DNA of 62,749 bases, filler included, from Choristocarpus tenellus KU-1152 (GCA_964200185.2; 11 parts of 11 records of this genome joined end to end with filler, not necessarily neighbours in it); one strand, 5' to 3'; positions 37,391-52,493 are shown, counted from the first letter of the whole stretch. Program-made: numbers and translations. Notes: a model not told the origin generated them from the sequence alone.

Positions 37391-40300
37391 CTTCCACAGT
37401 CTGATCGGAAGACAGCATAACCACACGTCTCTGTTGAAGGCACACACTTTCCATGTGCTGTTGCCCCTGGCACCCCCTCTACACTTGCAAGCCTCAGACA
37501 TATGGGACTAGCCACAGCAAAGGGTAGGCATGCATATATGGGACTCTGAAGGTCCAGGACGCACACACTTGAATGATAGAACAGGTAGGCAAGGGTCAAA
37601 ATTCAGACAGGTGGAAGAATGGGGAATGACATCATGGTACTGTAATGAAGATGTAGAGTGGCAAATAGGCTTGGCATCCAACCGTGAGAGACAAGCCAAT
37701 TTGAATTAGGGAGGTGTAGAGACCACATCTAAATTGAAGTCTGAAACCTGACACACACATAGAAATATAAGTGAAGACATTAATATCAACACACAAGCAA
37801 ATTACACAGACAATCAGGATTTTCATTCTACAAAGATTGTTGTAGCTGTTGCTAGAAGCAATCCGTTGTGGATCGTAGCAACTGTTGTCAGACCCCCCAC
37901 CCCCTTACCGAAACCTACTAATTGTCCAAGCACACCACTGCATGCATGGCCCAGAAATGTTCACATTTTTTGCACATATGTTTTTGAATAAGTCCACTAT
38001 GTATGCATTATGTCAACTCCACCCAGAGTCGGCCTCAAGGAATTGTTATGGGTCACTCTCCATTGTGTGTACAGGCAGGTACAAAGAGAATATGCATACA
38101 GAAAATAGGCAGTGCTTCACTTTGCTACACCAAAGGACCTATGCAAAAGTTGGGAGGGGGTCAGAGGAATATATTCTATGCTTCACTTCACAATAATCCA
38201 CAACATAATTCAAGGCAGGTGCTTCAAATACCGTACTATATGAGGGAAGGAAGTGATACAAGACCTATTCTGAATTGCTCAACGATCTAAGTGCAGTCAA
38301 ATGCTTTCATATCACGATGTCAGCAGCTTTGTGCTCAACTTGAGAATACAAAAGGACTGTGAAGCACACAATTCATATTTGTACTCCACTTGTACATCCC
38401 CTAGGCTTACGAGGAGACCAAAATTACACAATAAAGAATCATCCATAAATATTGCTGTAGAGATCAAAACCATACTCAATAGTAGGAACAAAAACTTTTT
38501 TATTTCTTCTTTTGGGACCTTTAGGGTTCGCATAACCCCAATCTGTTTTCTGATACGTACCCGTTCACAACTACCAGCGGGCACCGCCCCGTTCCGAGCA
38601 TCCCACAGCAGGCGAGAGCGTCACCAAACTCTGTAAAGTGTGATGCCCTGCCTGGATGTAGGCAGTCTGTCAGGATACCCACTTCCCTGTTGACCAAAAG
38701 ACAGGTCACAAGAGCGGGGTGGTGGACTTAGGTGCAAGCTAGTTGAGGTCTCAGGACACAAAGGGATACACAAGCCTTGGATATGGGGGAGGAGGGGAAG
38801 GCTATGCAATATTTTGTGGTCCATATGCTCTGATTAGCCTACAATGAACATGTAACAATAACACATATCCTGCTTATAGAGGCAAAGGTTAGGGTTTGGA
38901 TTAGGACTTCAGAAACTCTGCCCCTCCTTATCCTCTAAGCAAGGTTCAAGGACCAACAGGTCTATCTTAGGTAGAAGGGATACAATTGGATTGCACACCA
39001 TTTCTTTGGAGCATAACCCAGAAACTAACATGTTTAGTCCTAGTACTGGAAGGGACAGCTTCCATTGCCAAGGTTACACTACTGAATTAAGTACACAAGT
39101 GTGCGCCCCAAGTGAAAGCATCTTTGAGGGTACGAGTTTTGCCCTTTTTGTCCGTTTGGGGCTTGGTTTCCCACAGGTTTTTTTATGACGTTTTCCTATT
39201 CCGAATTGTTTTGGAGTACGTAAAATGTGTACATTTTGGAGCAGGTATCGTGTATATGTGTGGAACAAGGATATTGACACTTCCAAATAAACACAATAGC
39301 CAAAAATGCATCAAATCGCAACATTGGATTTTGGTCCCCAAATGGACGCAGCTCTACCCTTTAAGATACTTTGACTCCCCCAAAAAGGATTCGAAGTGCT
39401 AACCCATTCCTCCCCACCATTGTAATGCAATCAAGAAATAGCATTCTTAACGGGTACCTGTAGTCTGGGTTGGACTTCTTTGATAGGTTCTGATGTAGAC
39501 CTGAGGCAAGAATGCTCATTAAGCCCCCACACAGACTTGTTAGCCGTGCTGCCACCAGTATTCTTTCTCCTGTCTCACCATCCTGTTTCTCATCTCCTCC
39601 CCCCTCAATCCTTTTCCTTGATTCCCTACCCCCAAGCCCTGTCACCCCCAGTATATCAGACTCTGACCAAAGGCTGTTTGATCCTAACTGTGACTCTATG
39701 TCCATGGCATCGCCATCCTTGGTGACACAAGCAGAGGGAGTGCCATGCGCCAGGTCATGCGCAAGCTTGTAGATAAGGTCTAGGTGTTCCATGTCTCCAA
39801 GTGGTACAGGGGTTCTAAGTGGCAGGACAGGGGAGGTTGGAGAAGCGGAGGGGATGTGATAGGTAAGGGTCCTGAATGGGTTGTGGTTACCGCAAAGCTA
39901 CCTGTGCGCTTTGCATGTTATGATAGTGGTGACCAAGTCTAAAGGTCTCTCCTTGCCCTTCAAGCTCCAAATTAATGGAACAGAAGTTGAAACTGATGGA
40001 ACTGGAAGGACGAGGTTTCAACCTCCTTAGGAAGTTTGTCACAGATATTTCCAAGGATACAAAATTCTAGACTCTGACTTCTACTTATTAAAAAAGAGAA
40101 ATAGGTGCACGCCTTCGGATTAAAACTACAGCTTTTGAGGCTCTTTCACTGTCGAATTGAGCTCTTGAGCTATCCATGAAGATACAAACAGGCTGTTGGA
40201 CAGGTCTCGGGATAACAACTCAAGGCATGCAGGTGTTGGTCACCAGGAAGCACCTCCCTTCCATATTTCTGACCCCAGATGCAGCCAAACCCAGCATGGA

Positions 40301-41333
40301 TGGAATACCTTGTTTACATATTTTACAGTGACCATGTGTCAATGTGAACACGCCGAATCCTGATCGTGATCATTCTGATTGCACTACAATACTTCTGACC
40401 TTGGAGATGACAAATAGGATGCATCCTCCTTCTGACCTATATCAGCACGTGCTCCTGCTTCCTTCCTGGCCTGAAGGGGGGGGAATGTGGGGGGTTCTTC
40501 AGGNNNNNNNNNNCGTCCTAATGCTCCTTCGGCCGCGAGCGGGTGTGTGCCAATGGTGGAGGGGGGGGGGGGGGGGGGGGGAGTGCGTGCTGTTCTTCAG
40601 GAAAGGATGTGACAGAAACGACAGGCCAGGATGAGGAATCGTGAGATGCAAGAAGAGGAAGAGGGGAAATATGTGGTTGCCAATATTGGTAATGAAGGAC
40701 AGTGTGTCTTACAGAATATTCTAAGCTTTCAATATGCATCCAAATCCATCAATCAAGACAATTACAAAATTGCAAAAGTGCTATTGTCCACAGATGAAGT
40801 AGCATATTTGCACTCTACTCACTCACTGAGGTGCTGCATGCTGACCCATCCATTTTCCTCAAGCATCGGCAAACCAACCAACCAGCAATAGAAGTAGTGT
40901 AACCATCACCCTTGCCTCTAGGACCATTGCAATTATCCATACTAATAATCTTTCAATCCACTCTCGTTCTCTCCCAACAATCCTTTTGACAGCAGAAAAA
41001 CCTGGAGAGTGCTATAGCCGCACCTGAAATGCTTCCTCTGCCTTGGCAATGCCCATCACCATTCTTTCCATTCTCCGAAGGCAGTGTCTAGCACACTCCA
41101 CACGACGTTTGGCTGATCTCGACCGCCTGATTAGCGCCACAGCCTCTGGGGCTGGCAAAAAGTCAAGAACATCTGCCACCACTGCACCAGGGAGGAGTGT
41201 TGAGACACCCAAGTTGCCTCCCTTGGACTTGCTTGTTCGCCACCGAAAACTTGTCTCTTCCGATGGGGGATCATCATACCGATGCTGTTTTTTACCGTTG
41301 TTTCGCTGGGAACAACGAGCTCTTGCACTATTA
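37391..41333 (-). CDS. Multi-exon hypothetical protein with an F-box-like segment (candidate exons 41333-41024, 39814-39458, 38570-38411, 37507-37391; others unresolved)
   Basis: LLPGAVVADVLDFLPAPEAV resembles the F-box consensus LPxExxxxIxxFL. The last three exons join in phase with GT-AG sites. Confidence 0.42.
39110..39377 (-). mobile_element. Complete MITE copy, intronic
   Basis: Co-linear with 34250-34503. Ends AAGTGAAAGCATCTTTGAGGGTA / TACCCTTTAAGATACTTTGACTC, flanked by CCCC on both sides. Confidence 0.9.
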
Positions 41334-43212
41334 CTGGAAGGCAGGAGGACAGGGACAGCAGAGAGGACATTAATGAGGAGGGCACTATGTGAAGGAATTG
41401 GTGGGAAGGAAATGGAAGAGTAGCCTTTAGGTATGACTACACTGTGCCCATCGCTGCTCATTCAAAGTTGTCAATATCCTCTGATGTTGAAAGTGAGGTA
41501 TATACATATGATGTAACACATCTGGCAATAAACCGAAGGTGGCAATCACACAATGGGTCCCCAGTTTCCTCAGAGTAGAAACACAATAACAATCGAATTC
41601 CAGTGTGAAATGCATTGACCATGGGTATGGTCATAGATTCACATGGCAATAAAACACATATAGCGTCATGCAAACCTGGAGCGCAGACTTTGTTGTGGAG
41701 TTCTGTTCACTTCTTTTTCTTCCAGAGCTGCAACCTGGAATGCAGCAAATGATAACATAGGAGCACAGAAGCAGCACCAGAGAGAGTTTAAGAGATTGCA
41801 GAACGAAAACACAACATTCGCCAGAATCAACTGCAACTACCTTCAGATACTATCTCCCTCCATAAATGCTATCTCCGCCCAAGCAAGATATAGGGCCAGG
41901 GAGCAAGTATAAATGAGGCAGAGGGGAATGAAATGCGCACCAGGAGGGCAACAATATTTACTCCTGGTTCTGCCATGACATGTGGATTTTCTGGATGCAC
42001 TCTCCCCCGAATTGAGTACCTTGAGCCAGCCATTCTATATCCTGACCTGATGGTGTGAGGGTCGGAACGTCGTTGGGGTCAAGGTGCATGGTAGACAGAT
42101 GTAAGGCGTAAATTGTTCAATCACAGAAAAGTGGCACAAAACCTGACACAGGGGTGCAGGACTGATGGCATTGTATCTACAACATAAAAAAGCAATATAA
42201 TTGATGCGAATGCTAGCACCAAAGGCTAGACGTACTGTGGGCCGTGCGAAGTTTTGTTTTGTCCACCACTGGGGCACGTCAGATGCATACAAGAGCCAAC
42301 AAAAGAGATCTAAGTGTCTCACCAATCCAGTAAGCACCCCACGAATAGTATATATCTTGCGTGTCACCTTCCTGGAAGAGATGTACACCCAGCCAGCTCG
42401 AAATTTGAACGCAACAGCAGGATACTGTGGTGCTGCTGTTGAGAAATTGGGGTGGTTGGTTATTCGTAGGGTTGGATACGATGCTGAAGTCGACACTCTA
42501 GGTTCCTAATCACATACTATTTTCGTCCTTCACCGTATTCCTTCCATTATGTACATGGATATAAAAGGGTTCAGGCGGAAGACTGCTGCCGTGAACCTTC
42601 GAGTTTCAAGTTCAAGGACGAATTGTGTGAGCATGCTCAGGACTATGTAGCGAAAACTAGACGAGAGTGTGTCCGCACCCCTACAAGTTCCACCACGATT
42701 TCGATTGGGATTGGATTTTAATAAACATATGGATTTGAACCTCCTTCTTCTTGATATTTTCTGGCGCCGTCCCCCTTTCTCTCGTTTTTCAACCTAAGGG
42801 CAGGAACACGGACGAAATTCGAGAGATACGAAAAATGAGGAGCATTTGACAGCGAAACTCACTCGCTTTCACTGAATGACCTATCAGCAGGGTGCCACCC
42901 AGAGTTGAGCTTCCAGAGTTCTGTTGATTATAGGACCTATCTTGGTGCAACTATGACGGACGATTTTGCGTTATTGAACACGACAGTGATGAGTTTTGAA
43001 GTTATGGAAGAGTACGGGTATTTTCAATTGGAGATCAAGTTTTTATGATACTCTCCATATTAAATATCTTCTACTCTTATGAATGAGAGGACTATAATTA
43101 AAAAAAAATACAAATTTCAATTTTCATGAGGATTATGGTTTATACAATTTTGAACGAAAAATGATTATTGTCCCAAGATCCTGTCTTTGGAAGGAAGCCC
43201 AATCTTGAGGAA

Positions 43213-45930
43213 ATGGGGATTGCCACCTGGGTGATACCGCTTCTAGGGGTGACATGCTTTGTTGCAACTGTGTTATCATTTGTGATCTACGCGCCAGAGC
43301 CGTATATGGTGCGCAATTTTCTACTGTAGACGGGGAGTACTACTAGGTTTTATTTTGTCTCCACCTCCCACCTTGCGTTGTGATACTCAGCTTGTCCACG
43401 TCCCTTTTCCGTTTACCTCGCGTGCTCGGATTTCGCATCGCCTTGTAATCTTCTCTGATGAATAGAAAAGAAAAATCGATATTCAACATACAGCTGCTCC
43501 CGATCGCGGAATCGGTGTCAATAAGCTTAGAATGACACTGTCCGTCTTTGTTCTACAACATTCAATCACAAAAACATTATTGAAGTACAATCCAAAGGAG
43601 ACACTAAAACCACATCTCCTCTGACCCATTCCCTAATTCGCCGCCTTTGCGTTGCGACCTCTGAAAGGACGAGGTTTTCCACATCCCGCAAACTTGGGCC
43701 TATTGTGATGGAGATTATGGTAAGAGAAGAGGGAAAAGGAGATCTGAATGAACCTCCTGTCGACAATGTAAGATGTCTGGCAGGACCTGCTGGACTGTGT
43801 TGTCAGTAGGACTCTCGTTCACCTACAGGACTTTTTCTGAGCTCATTCTCTCTCACGCAACGTATGTGCTCCTTACCAAGATCAGGTCGGTGGGACCCCA
43901 AGATCACCACCCTGCCAGGACTTTACATTATTGCGGTTATGTATGTGCGAGTTGCCTCCCTCATTGGCAGCATAGGTGGTCTGATGCCTTGGGCTGTGGG
44001 AGGCGGGGATCTGGATGGGCATAGCGCATGCACAACAGGTGCCCTCCGCCAAGTGAACTGGCTCTTTTCTCTTGGAACTCTTGTGGTAATGCAGGCCCTT
44101 CTGAGAAGACGAATGGTGAGTTACCTCTATGAGGAACCCCGAGTGATTTGCATCGGTGTGATTGCTATAGTGGATATAACAGATAGTTTAGCGTAATATG
44201 TGTTCCTGAAAGCATCAATGTGTTGGGGGTACCAGTGCAATCAATCTAACCTGGTGCTCGATTTATTTGCCAAAATTATAGAGTGCTCTGGCATGTGCCA
44301 GAGGATACCTCATACGAGCAGTATTGATATGGGCTGATTCCCACACAATCGTAAAATTGTGTCTCTCTATTCCCAAACTTTCGTTTTATCGTGTATAATG
44401 ACATTGTTAAGTTGACATGGTAGCTTAATACGCATTGTAACTTGCTGCTACTGACCATAATGGACTCGCTACCACTCACGAGCATAATCAATCTCCTCCC
44501 CTGTACCTGCTCAGGGTTTTTTTGTTGCCTGCCGTATCACCATATCCTTTCATACTCAACATATATGTCTCCTTCTCCTGGACTGTCCTGTTGCACTGTC
44601 CTCCCCTTATAACATGAATGCGCCCTTTCGTTCTGCATTCTCCCACCCTACCTTCCCACTGCCACTGCCACTGCTACCATTGAACTATGCTGGAACTTGG
44701 ATGAATAATATGAACACTTCGGTGGAAGTCCCCTTCCAAGGCCTTGGCACATGCCATAGCTCTCTGGCTCTATCCTGTGGGATTCTTTTTTGGCTTCCTA
44801 TTCTACACAGATGCAGGTTCAACCTTCTTCATACTCCTTTGCTATCTGCTTGCTACAAGGCCAGTCCGTTCTTACCCATGGGGTGCCTATGAGAGTGGAC
44901 AGGGGTTACAACGCCAAGTGGGGAGTGCACTGGTGAGGGGGCAGGCACGTGCCTTCAAGGGATCCATTGTTGTTGTACTGGCCATCAAGATGACACAAAT
45001 ATGCAAATTATTATGCTGATAATAATAATAATTTTCCCATATTCTGTTCATCAAAAGCTTTAGTATTTGCAGCACCTCATTGTTGGGGGCATTGCCTTTC
45101 CGGCATAGGATAACGTACACACCCCGTCACACTACTATTTGTCAAGAAGGATGATGGATCTTCCTATAAAAAGGACTATGATAATAGTAAAATGAAGTGC
45201 ATCTTTGATTCACTCCTTCCATGACATCAACGTATGTATGCATTATATATATATCCCTCATCCAATGCCCGTTTGCCATTTTTTCCCTCTTGTCAAGTCT
45301 GGCTGCGTAGCAATCTTGTTCCGTCAGACAAATGCTGTCTGGGTGGCCTTTACTATGGGGACGTGCCTATTGGATGACCTGTTGCTGCTGGAAAAATGTG
45401 CTGCAGCAAGCAAACAGGAACGAGGAGGAGAAGAAGGGGAGTTGGGGGGGAAAGGAGAGACAAGGGGATCACTTGGTGTACTGCCAGGGGCAGCAACAGG
45501 GGTGAAGGAAGAGATGCGAAGACAAACGAGAAAAACTGGTAGTGGAAATGGAAAAACAAGCGATAAAGACGGGGTAAAAAGGGTGGGGACTCGCGTGCCT
45601 ACCAACATTGCTCCAAAATGTTGTCCTTCCCCTAGGACCCAGGTTATGCAATGGTGCCACCTGGGGGCAGATGTATCCGTGGGTCTATTGGTGTGTTTTG
45701 CAGTTAGGATTGTGCACGAGGTCAGGCATCTAACTATTGGGTCAAGTGGGGGGAGGGGGGGAGGAGGGAATGGCTTGCTTGTTGTCCCCTTGTTGCTCTT
45801 CGCTGGATTTCTTGTGACCAATGGGGGCTCCATTGTTGTGGGTGATGCAGAGAACCACACTGTAAAGGAGTTGCACTTTGCCCAGATGGCGTACCTCAGT
45901 GCGGTCACGGCTTCCTTGTGGGGGCTGTTG
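43213..45930 (+). CDS. ALG10: Dol-P-Glc:Glc2Man9GlcNAc2-PP-Dol alpha-1,2-glucosyltransferase (DIE2/ALG10 family), 3' truncated by contig end. Exons 43213-43308, 43668-43719, 43886-44115, 44741-44932, 45298->45930
   Basis: PEPYM/DEVFHIPQ..YC/WDPKITTLPGLY, FLFYTDAGST, FRQTNAVW, NGGSIVVGDAENH and LHFAQ motifs. Confidence 0.95.
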
Positions 45931-46315
45931 NNNNNNNNNNNNNNNNNNNNNNNNNNNNNNNNNNNNNNNNNNNNTTAATTAATTAANNNNNNNNNNNNNN
46001 NNNNNNNNNNNNNNNNNNNNNNNNNNNNNNTCCCCCTTTTTGTCCTTTTTTTTTTTTGGTTGTTCTTCGGGCGTTTTTTTTTTTCTCGGTTGTTTCTCGC
46101 CCCTCCCCCCCCCCCCCCACATACACTCATCGTACTTTAAAGGTCATCGTTGTATCTGCTCTCCCAACGTTGCTTTTTTGTGCCATGCTAAAACCCTAGC
46201 CCTTGAGCCCATTATGTTTTTGCTTAATCTTGTGTTTTTCGTCCTCTTAAGGCCTGCTTTTTTTATTATGTACTACTTCTTACTATTATACACTTATTAC
46301 TCCATTCCACGACAG

Positions 46316-48470
46316 GCCTTCGTTACTGGTCTCTTCAACCAAAGGGGCCACAGGGCACATGCTCGGCGCTGCAGGTACAAAGATGGTAGTAGTGGTGATT
46401 GTAGTAGTACTAGTAGTCCATGTCTTTTATTTAACAATAGAATATAAATTTTAGTATTTTAATTTTTCCCTCCAAGGTCAAGTAGTTTGTATGAAGTTGC
46501 TGCATTTTTCCAGGGAGAAGTGCCCCCATGCCCATCCCCGCTGGCTTCGATGCAATGGCCCACAATACCTTATTAGGTGTGGACATGGGTTGAGTACTTG
46601 CCCACTAACAGGGCTGCAGTAAGTGCCTCGAGTTGTTGTCTGCTTCCACACTACTACTACTAATTCTTATTTTTGTTTTTGTAATATTGATGCCAAATTT
46701 CCCCTTATAAGATTGGGTTAAATGTTCGCAACTGAGGTATGAATTGGTCTCTCCCTCATGATATATGCACACCTACTATTTTTAGGGTTTGGTGCTGTCA
46801 CCCTTGCGTTGATCACATGGCCTATCCATAACCCATCGCTGTTATCACAACAAAGGCTCAATGGAGGCGGCGTTTACCGTTCTCTCCATCCAGAACGGAA
46901 TCGTCCCGCACACGCTTAACCTCGAAACACCGGAACCAGATTTCGGTTTCACGTTCGTGAAGAAAGAGCCGGTGAGCGATGAAGTCCCTTCTGTACGTCT
47001 AGGCAGACAAGCGCACATGACAAACATCCCATATGAGAGGAAACAAACCGGTGCACAAGAAAATAGTAGTAGTTAGTGCATGAGGCATTCCCTGAAGGCA
47101 TGCCTGTAAAGGCTGCATTGCATGTATAGCTTGTATCCTGAATTATTTTAACTGACCTCTGGTGCTTATGCTTTTTTTTTCAGTAGAACTCCAGGCTTTT
47201 TTGCAAAACCGTTGTTTTGATTTTGATTACAATATACGTGCGTTTGACTTCACATCTTGCGACCTTGGAGACAACCAACCTGTTGTGTTGATAAAGAAAA
47301 GTTGGGTTTGACAGATGTTCGCATTTTGTTTGTTTATCCACCTTCCTGTGAATACTTGGTCTATACTGTATTTTTCTATGTTACTTGTGAAATGTGTGTA
47401 TCTATGTATACATACAAATCTTTTCAAGGGATGCTACTAACACTGCTGTACAGGAGAACCATCCAGCATCAGCCTCCGTACATGGTTTTGTTTTTGTGAA
47501 CAGCCCATGAGGGTCATTGGACCCTTATTTCCAGGACCTTTTGCCCGGTCAGGCAGTTACCATGTCCTCTGTCATTCATATGGCCACTGGCCGGTCCGTG
47601 ACTCGTCCATCTTGAAAAGGTTGATGGCCATGGACTTGGTCATGTTCGAACTTGGTTGTACATGGCGGGTTGGTAGCCCTGGTCATGTTGAGTAAGCGAT
47701 GCCATGGACTCTGCCATGTTAGAATATTTTAGCTGTAACCGACCAGGAAATATTTATTTTACCTTTGGATTGGCCACATCATGACCATGCCTCCCTCATT
47801 CTATCTACTTTAATCTTGTATCCTATACTACTATTGTAAGTACTCTAAATGTAAAATATATCACGTACTCTGTATCATGTTCTATTTTATTATTGTAATT
47901 GTTGTACTTTTATATCGAATGAAAAATACGTTTTGAGTGACTGACGCGATTTGTGATTAGTGTGTGGCAACTTTGCCTTCAATATGTTGCGTGCTTTTTT
48001 GTTGTTTGGTTGGAAAGGTCAAACGAAATTGACAGATGGACCTGTAGATTATGTAGTGGACATGGTCCGGACATGTCAGAGAATCTTTGACCTGGTCGAG
48101 CTGGCGGACATGGACCACTTTTATAACTAGTGGACGTGGACTAGGACATGTTAAATAATTGTGGGTCCGGTCTGACTGGTGGACAGGAATTGGTTAAAAG
48201 CCCTGCTTAGTTCTCTTTGTGGTAGATTGCAGAGACGATCAATGTATCCATCTTTGGAGAACGAAGACACTGAAGTTTGTTGCTTCAACTAATCCACAGT
48301 CCTACTTCTCTCCTCCACAAAATGCATTGCTTCCCCTCTGTTGCTTGGTGGGCATGATTGGATGGGATCCTCGCCATCACCACCAGGTTAAGGTAGAGTT
48401 GGACGCCGCTATAAGCAATTCGTTTGGCTTTGGGGGGACAAATGTCTCACTCCTGTTCTCCAGGGTTTGA
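46316..48470 (+). CDS. 3-oxoacyl-ACP synthase II (FabF/mitochondrial OXSM-type), last three exons 46316-46374, 46856-46971, 48387-48470
   Basis: VSSTKGATGHMLGAAG/SMEAAFTVLSIQNGIVPHTLNLETPEP../..AISNSFGFGGTNVSLLF*. Confidence 0.93.
47540..47795. repeat. Second copy of the CATGG-N6-CCATG subunit repeat, in a KAS II intron
   Basis: Co-linear with 13640-13985. Confidence 0.7.
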
Positions 48471-50505
48471 GGCAGGAAAGTCTTCTGGATGTTGGAGTTC
48501 TGGTACTACTTCTGATGGGCATACATACATCATAGCACAAGGCTACAGGTTGCTTCTGTCGGTGGACTCCATTCATTCAGCAGTGCCCATATGATCAGGT
48601 TATAATTGAATCAGCTGCCTTTGGTTAAGCATAATCTATGCTCTGTTGAGTACCTTCTTTTTCTTCAAGAGTAGCACCTGCACCAGGTTGACTCATATCC
48701 TGTTGTCGGAATTGTTCACTAGTCACTTTCTCGGTTCAAGGTATGATGGCTTTGTGCCACAGGTTGTGTTCATCAGCTTTCACATTCATTCCGTAAATTA
48801 TGGGTGAGTCACGCACAGGTTTGAATACACGAAACACCTAGAAGACGAAGTACAGAGAGGAATGGACTTGTCCGTTTCATTTTTTTTCATTTTTGAAGAG
48901 AACTGGGCTTGATGTTGTTAATGATGAAGAACAGGCGTCTTTTTTTTTTTTTTAAGATTCGAATATTTCCGCTTTGAAGTATTATGAACATAGACTACGT
49001 GTTTCGTTGTGATGGGAGAAGGTTATCCAATAGATGCATGCTTCTTCCTCTATTTACAGACCCTACAAACAACGGTTGAAGCACATACGTTCCACCTGTT
49101 CACACCTAAACAGAGATCAAGGAGCTGGGGGTCGGCACAGGATCCTTCCACTTTCTTGTGTCTTCTGTCTTTCCTAGAACACCTGGACAATTACATCCTT
49201 CTGAGGACAAAAGAGAGATTGGAGTGCCTGTTGTGATCTACCTTTTGCACCCTCTTCGTTAAAAATACTATTTCACCTTTTATCTTTTTGGAAGGACAAC
49301 ACCTTGGTTACTGGCCTCATGAAGTTGACCCAGTCAACAGGATTCACCAACGGCCAAGGATGGATAGTAGGTTTTGTCAGTCCAGAACCAAGAATTCTCA
49401 TCACTGCTGCTGTTAGTTACTTGTTTTACCCCTCTCATCCCCTTCTTTCCACTCAGTGGTCGCTGTCCTATGAACTAGCCTGAATTGCAGTACAAGAAGC
49501 GAATGGTTTCTTCCCTTTATTGATAAGGAGTGATTACTATCCAGTGAATTCCTTATCAAGTTCCCCACCTAGGGTTACCCACCAGGTTCTTAGGTTGCAT
49601 CCCTCTTGGTCCCTTTTAAACAACCCTCCTACGATTTGCAATAACTTGCGGGTTCTTCACCAGCCCTTCTATACGTTAACTCTATCCCTACCTCCTAGTC
49701 TTGGTAAGGCATGTCCGCAAAGGGAAAAACAGTCACGAAAAAGTCTACATAATACACCCTCCTTATGTGAGGTGAGATCCGCCCTGCACATAGTACACAT
49801 ATTTCAGTAAGGGCATCATGCCTCCAGCCACAGAAATTAGTTTATATGATTTTTTCTACTCCAGTCAACAAGTTGATATCCTTCCCCTGGATTGGTTCCA
49901 GGTTCGGAGTTTAGCAAGGCACAATATAGCACCCACCGTGTGATCAACTTGCTAGGATTCTGTTGAGGGGTATTCTATGTGCCAAATGCACTGACGGTGT
50001 CGATAGAGACGTAAAATTTAGGGGTTAGAGTTAGGAGGCAGTGTGTGTACCTTCATGGGTGCCTAGAGCCCACCATCTACTACTTCATGATGGAGAAGAA
50101 GCAGGAGAATAGACTTCATCTCGACTGCATCCTCGCCCATCATCGATACAATCACTTGGTCCCAACTTGACTCTAGACAACCATATGTATAGGAATTCTA
50201 CCACATTACTATTGAATAAATAACGGTACGACTTCTATGTCAACTTATCCACAATTGCTGGAAGCTAGTCAAGGGGACAGGGGGAGCGATAGAAATGTAG
50301 GAATTATAGGCGAAAGGTGATGGGCAGTCCACCCATGAGGACTGCACTGGGATGTATGATTGCCAAAGAACTTCATGTCATCGAGCTCCAGGGGGAAGGA
50401 GTAACAACTGAGAACACGGACATTGTCAACACAGCAGTATCCATCTTCAACTCTAGTCTATGACTGCTGGAGACTGCAGGGAGCGGAATCAACTGAGAGG
50501 TAGGC

Positions 50506-50680
50506 AGGTTTGGAACCCTTTTGCATTCTAAGCCATCTTGCTTGCTCTGTGCAATACACTACATTTCACTGTGTTATGTACGCAATAGTGTACACAAAAT
50601 TGATATTCCCCCTTTCCACACACAAGGTGTCACCACATTCAAGCAAAGGCTCATTCTACAATTGTACAAAACGGCACTAG
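50506..50680 (+). repeat. Second copy of the ~180-bp dispersed repeat at 5535-5710
   Basis: Co-linear similarity. The spurious ORFs 5419..5769 and 50521..50703 resemble each other. Confidence 0.75.
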
Positions 50681-51756
50681 GAAAGGGATGCTGTTGGAGC
50701 TGATATATGATGAGAAGACAAAATATAGGCACTAAGTAGTACAAGCACAAAGCAATGTGTCCATCATGTCTGGGGAAAGCAAGTTGTCCACAAGAATAGG
50801 ATGTAGCAACTATCTTGCACCAGTTACCTCTTGTTGTTTTTGACATATGCACAGAATATAGTGATACTTGGCCGTTTCACGTCTCAACTGTCTATTTTTT
50901 GTGCATATTTAATTATACTTACAAGCTTTCCCCATTGAATGTTAGTGAAGCAAACCCTTAAAAGAAGCAGACAATGCAGGAGGTGTGCCTGTTGGTGGTT
51001 TGTCCAGTTCTCACTTGATCGAGGTTTCTCAATTGATTGGGATGATGGAGGCGTTGTCTTCTTGCCCTTGCTCGGTGTCCTTAAAATGCAACCCTGCCTA
51101 CCTCTCAACTGGTTTGGCCCAAGGGAAGTCGTGATGAGAAGGGTACACAATACATTGTTGATGGTAAAAAGCCAAGAACTTCGTGACTATGTGGCATTAC
51201 ACAATAAGTCGCCAAGTCTACCCCTCCTTGATAGTGAGTGGTGGGAACAGCCGATTACCAAAATTAAGGATGGAGCATACAATGGAGGATGATTTTGACC
51301 CAAAATGCTGCGCGGAAAGTGCCCTTTTTTTATGTTGCGGCACTTTTGAAGGGCCCCACTAGAAATGAGAATCCAGGTGGTAGTACGACAGTGTGTGGGG
51401 GGTGGCAATGATTTCGTTTGATCGCCGTGTACATGTATGCCCTGCGTTAGCTTGCTTGCTTGAATAATTAGTGCGGTTGTAGGAGTCGTTTGACTGTCGA
51501 CAGTGGAGGTGGTAGGAAATAATAGTACTTTGAAGTAGTTTTTTTCTAGGACGGCGTTTCATTGTCATTATGGATGACTGACTGACTGAGAAGAAGAAGT
51601 GATATTTTCACATATTATTAATTTGTTTATCAATTATTGCTATCGTCGCCAAGTAGAAGAAGCTACCACTGAGCGCATACAAGTATTGTCCTTATATGAT
51701 GATCGACCTCTTTGTACGATTATCTCAGTCATGTCCGAGATAGCGTTTTTTGCGAT

Positions 51757-51799
<43 letters not shown>

Positions 51800-52493
51800 T
51801 TCCCCCTCTTTCCCTCACCCTGTATCTNNNNNNNNNNNNNNNNNNNNNNNNNNNNNNNNNNNNNNNNNNNNTTAATTAATTAANNNNNNNNNNNNNNNNN
51901 NNNNNNNNNNNNNNNNNNNNNNNNNNNCTTTTTTTTTCAGGGGCCGAATGGACACCCTGGGGTGGGCCCCCCCCCCCCCAGATACTTCGAGCCTTACCAT
52001 GCCCTCAAATATAGTCATTGGTATTCTTCGCATTGAAGTTGAAGTTGAAGTTGAAGTCCCTGTTTATAAAAACCTACGTACCTCCCTGTATGTTGTTGAG
52101 TGTCTTCTTCCTTTTTCTTTTTTTTCCTTCTTCCTTGGTACTGCCGACCCTCCTCTTATCGTTTTTTTTTTCTTGTTGAGCGGTAATATTTGCTACTTTT
52201 CAAAAAATAAAAATGTTCCTGTTCAATTTATTTCGTAATTGTCTTCTGATCTATCGTAATTGGTACGGCTGTCCCTCCTTTTTTATTTATTTTTATTTGG
52301 TACTTTTCAAAAAATAAAAAATTCTCAATTTCTTCTTGTTCTTTCAAGTTTTCAAAAATCAAACACCGAAACATGTTGTTAGTCGAAGGGTTAGGGTTAG
52401 GGTTAGTCTTGACTGTTGTTGGGGGGGCGTGCACGTCTGCCCTTCCATCTAACCTGCCATTGGTGCATGTCTGTCCATCCATCTCGTGAGCAG

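Noticed and set aside
49900-50500. Possible decayed LINE 3' end
   Set aside because: No RT or endonuclease motif or tail could be recognised with confidence.
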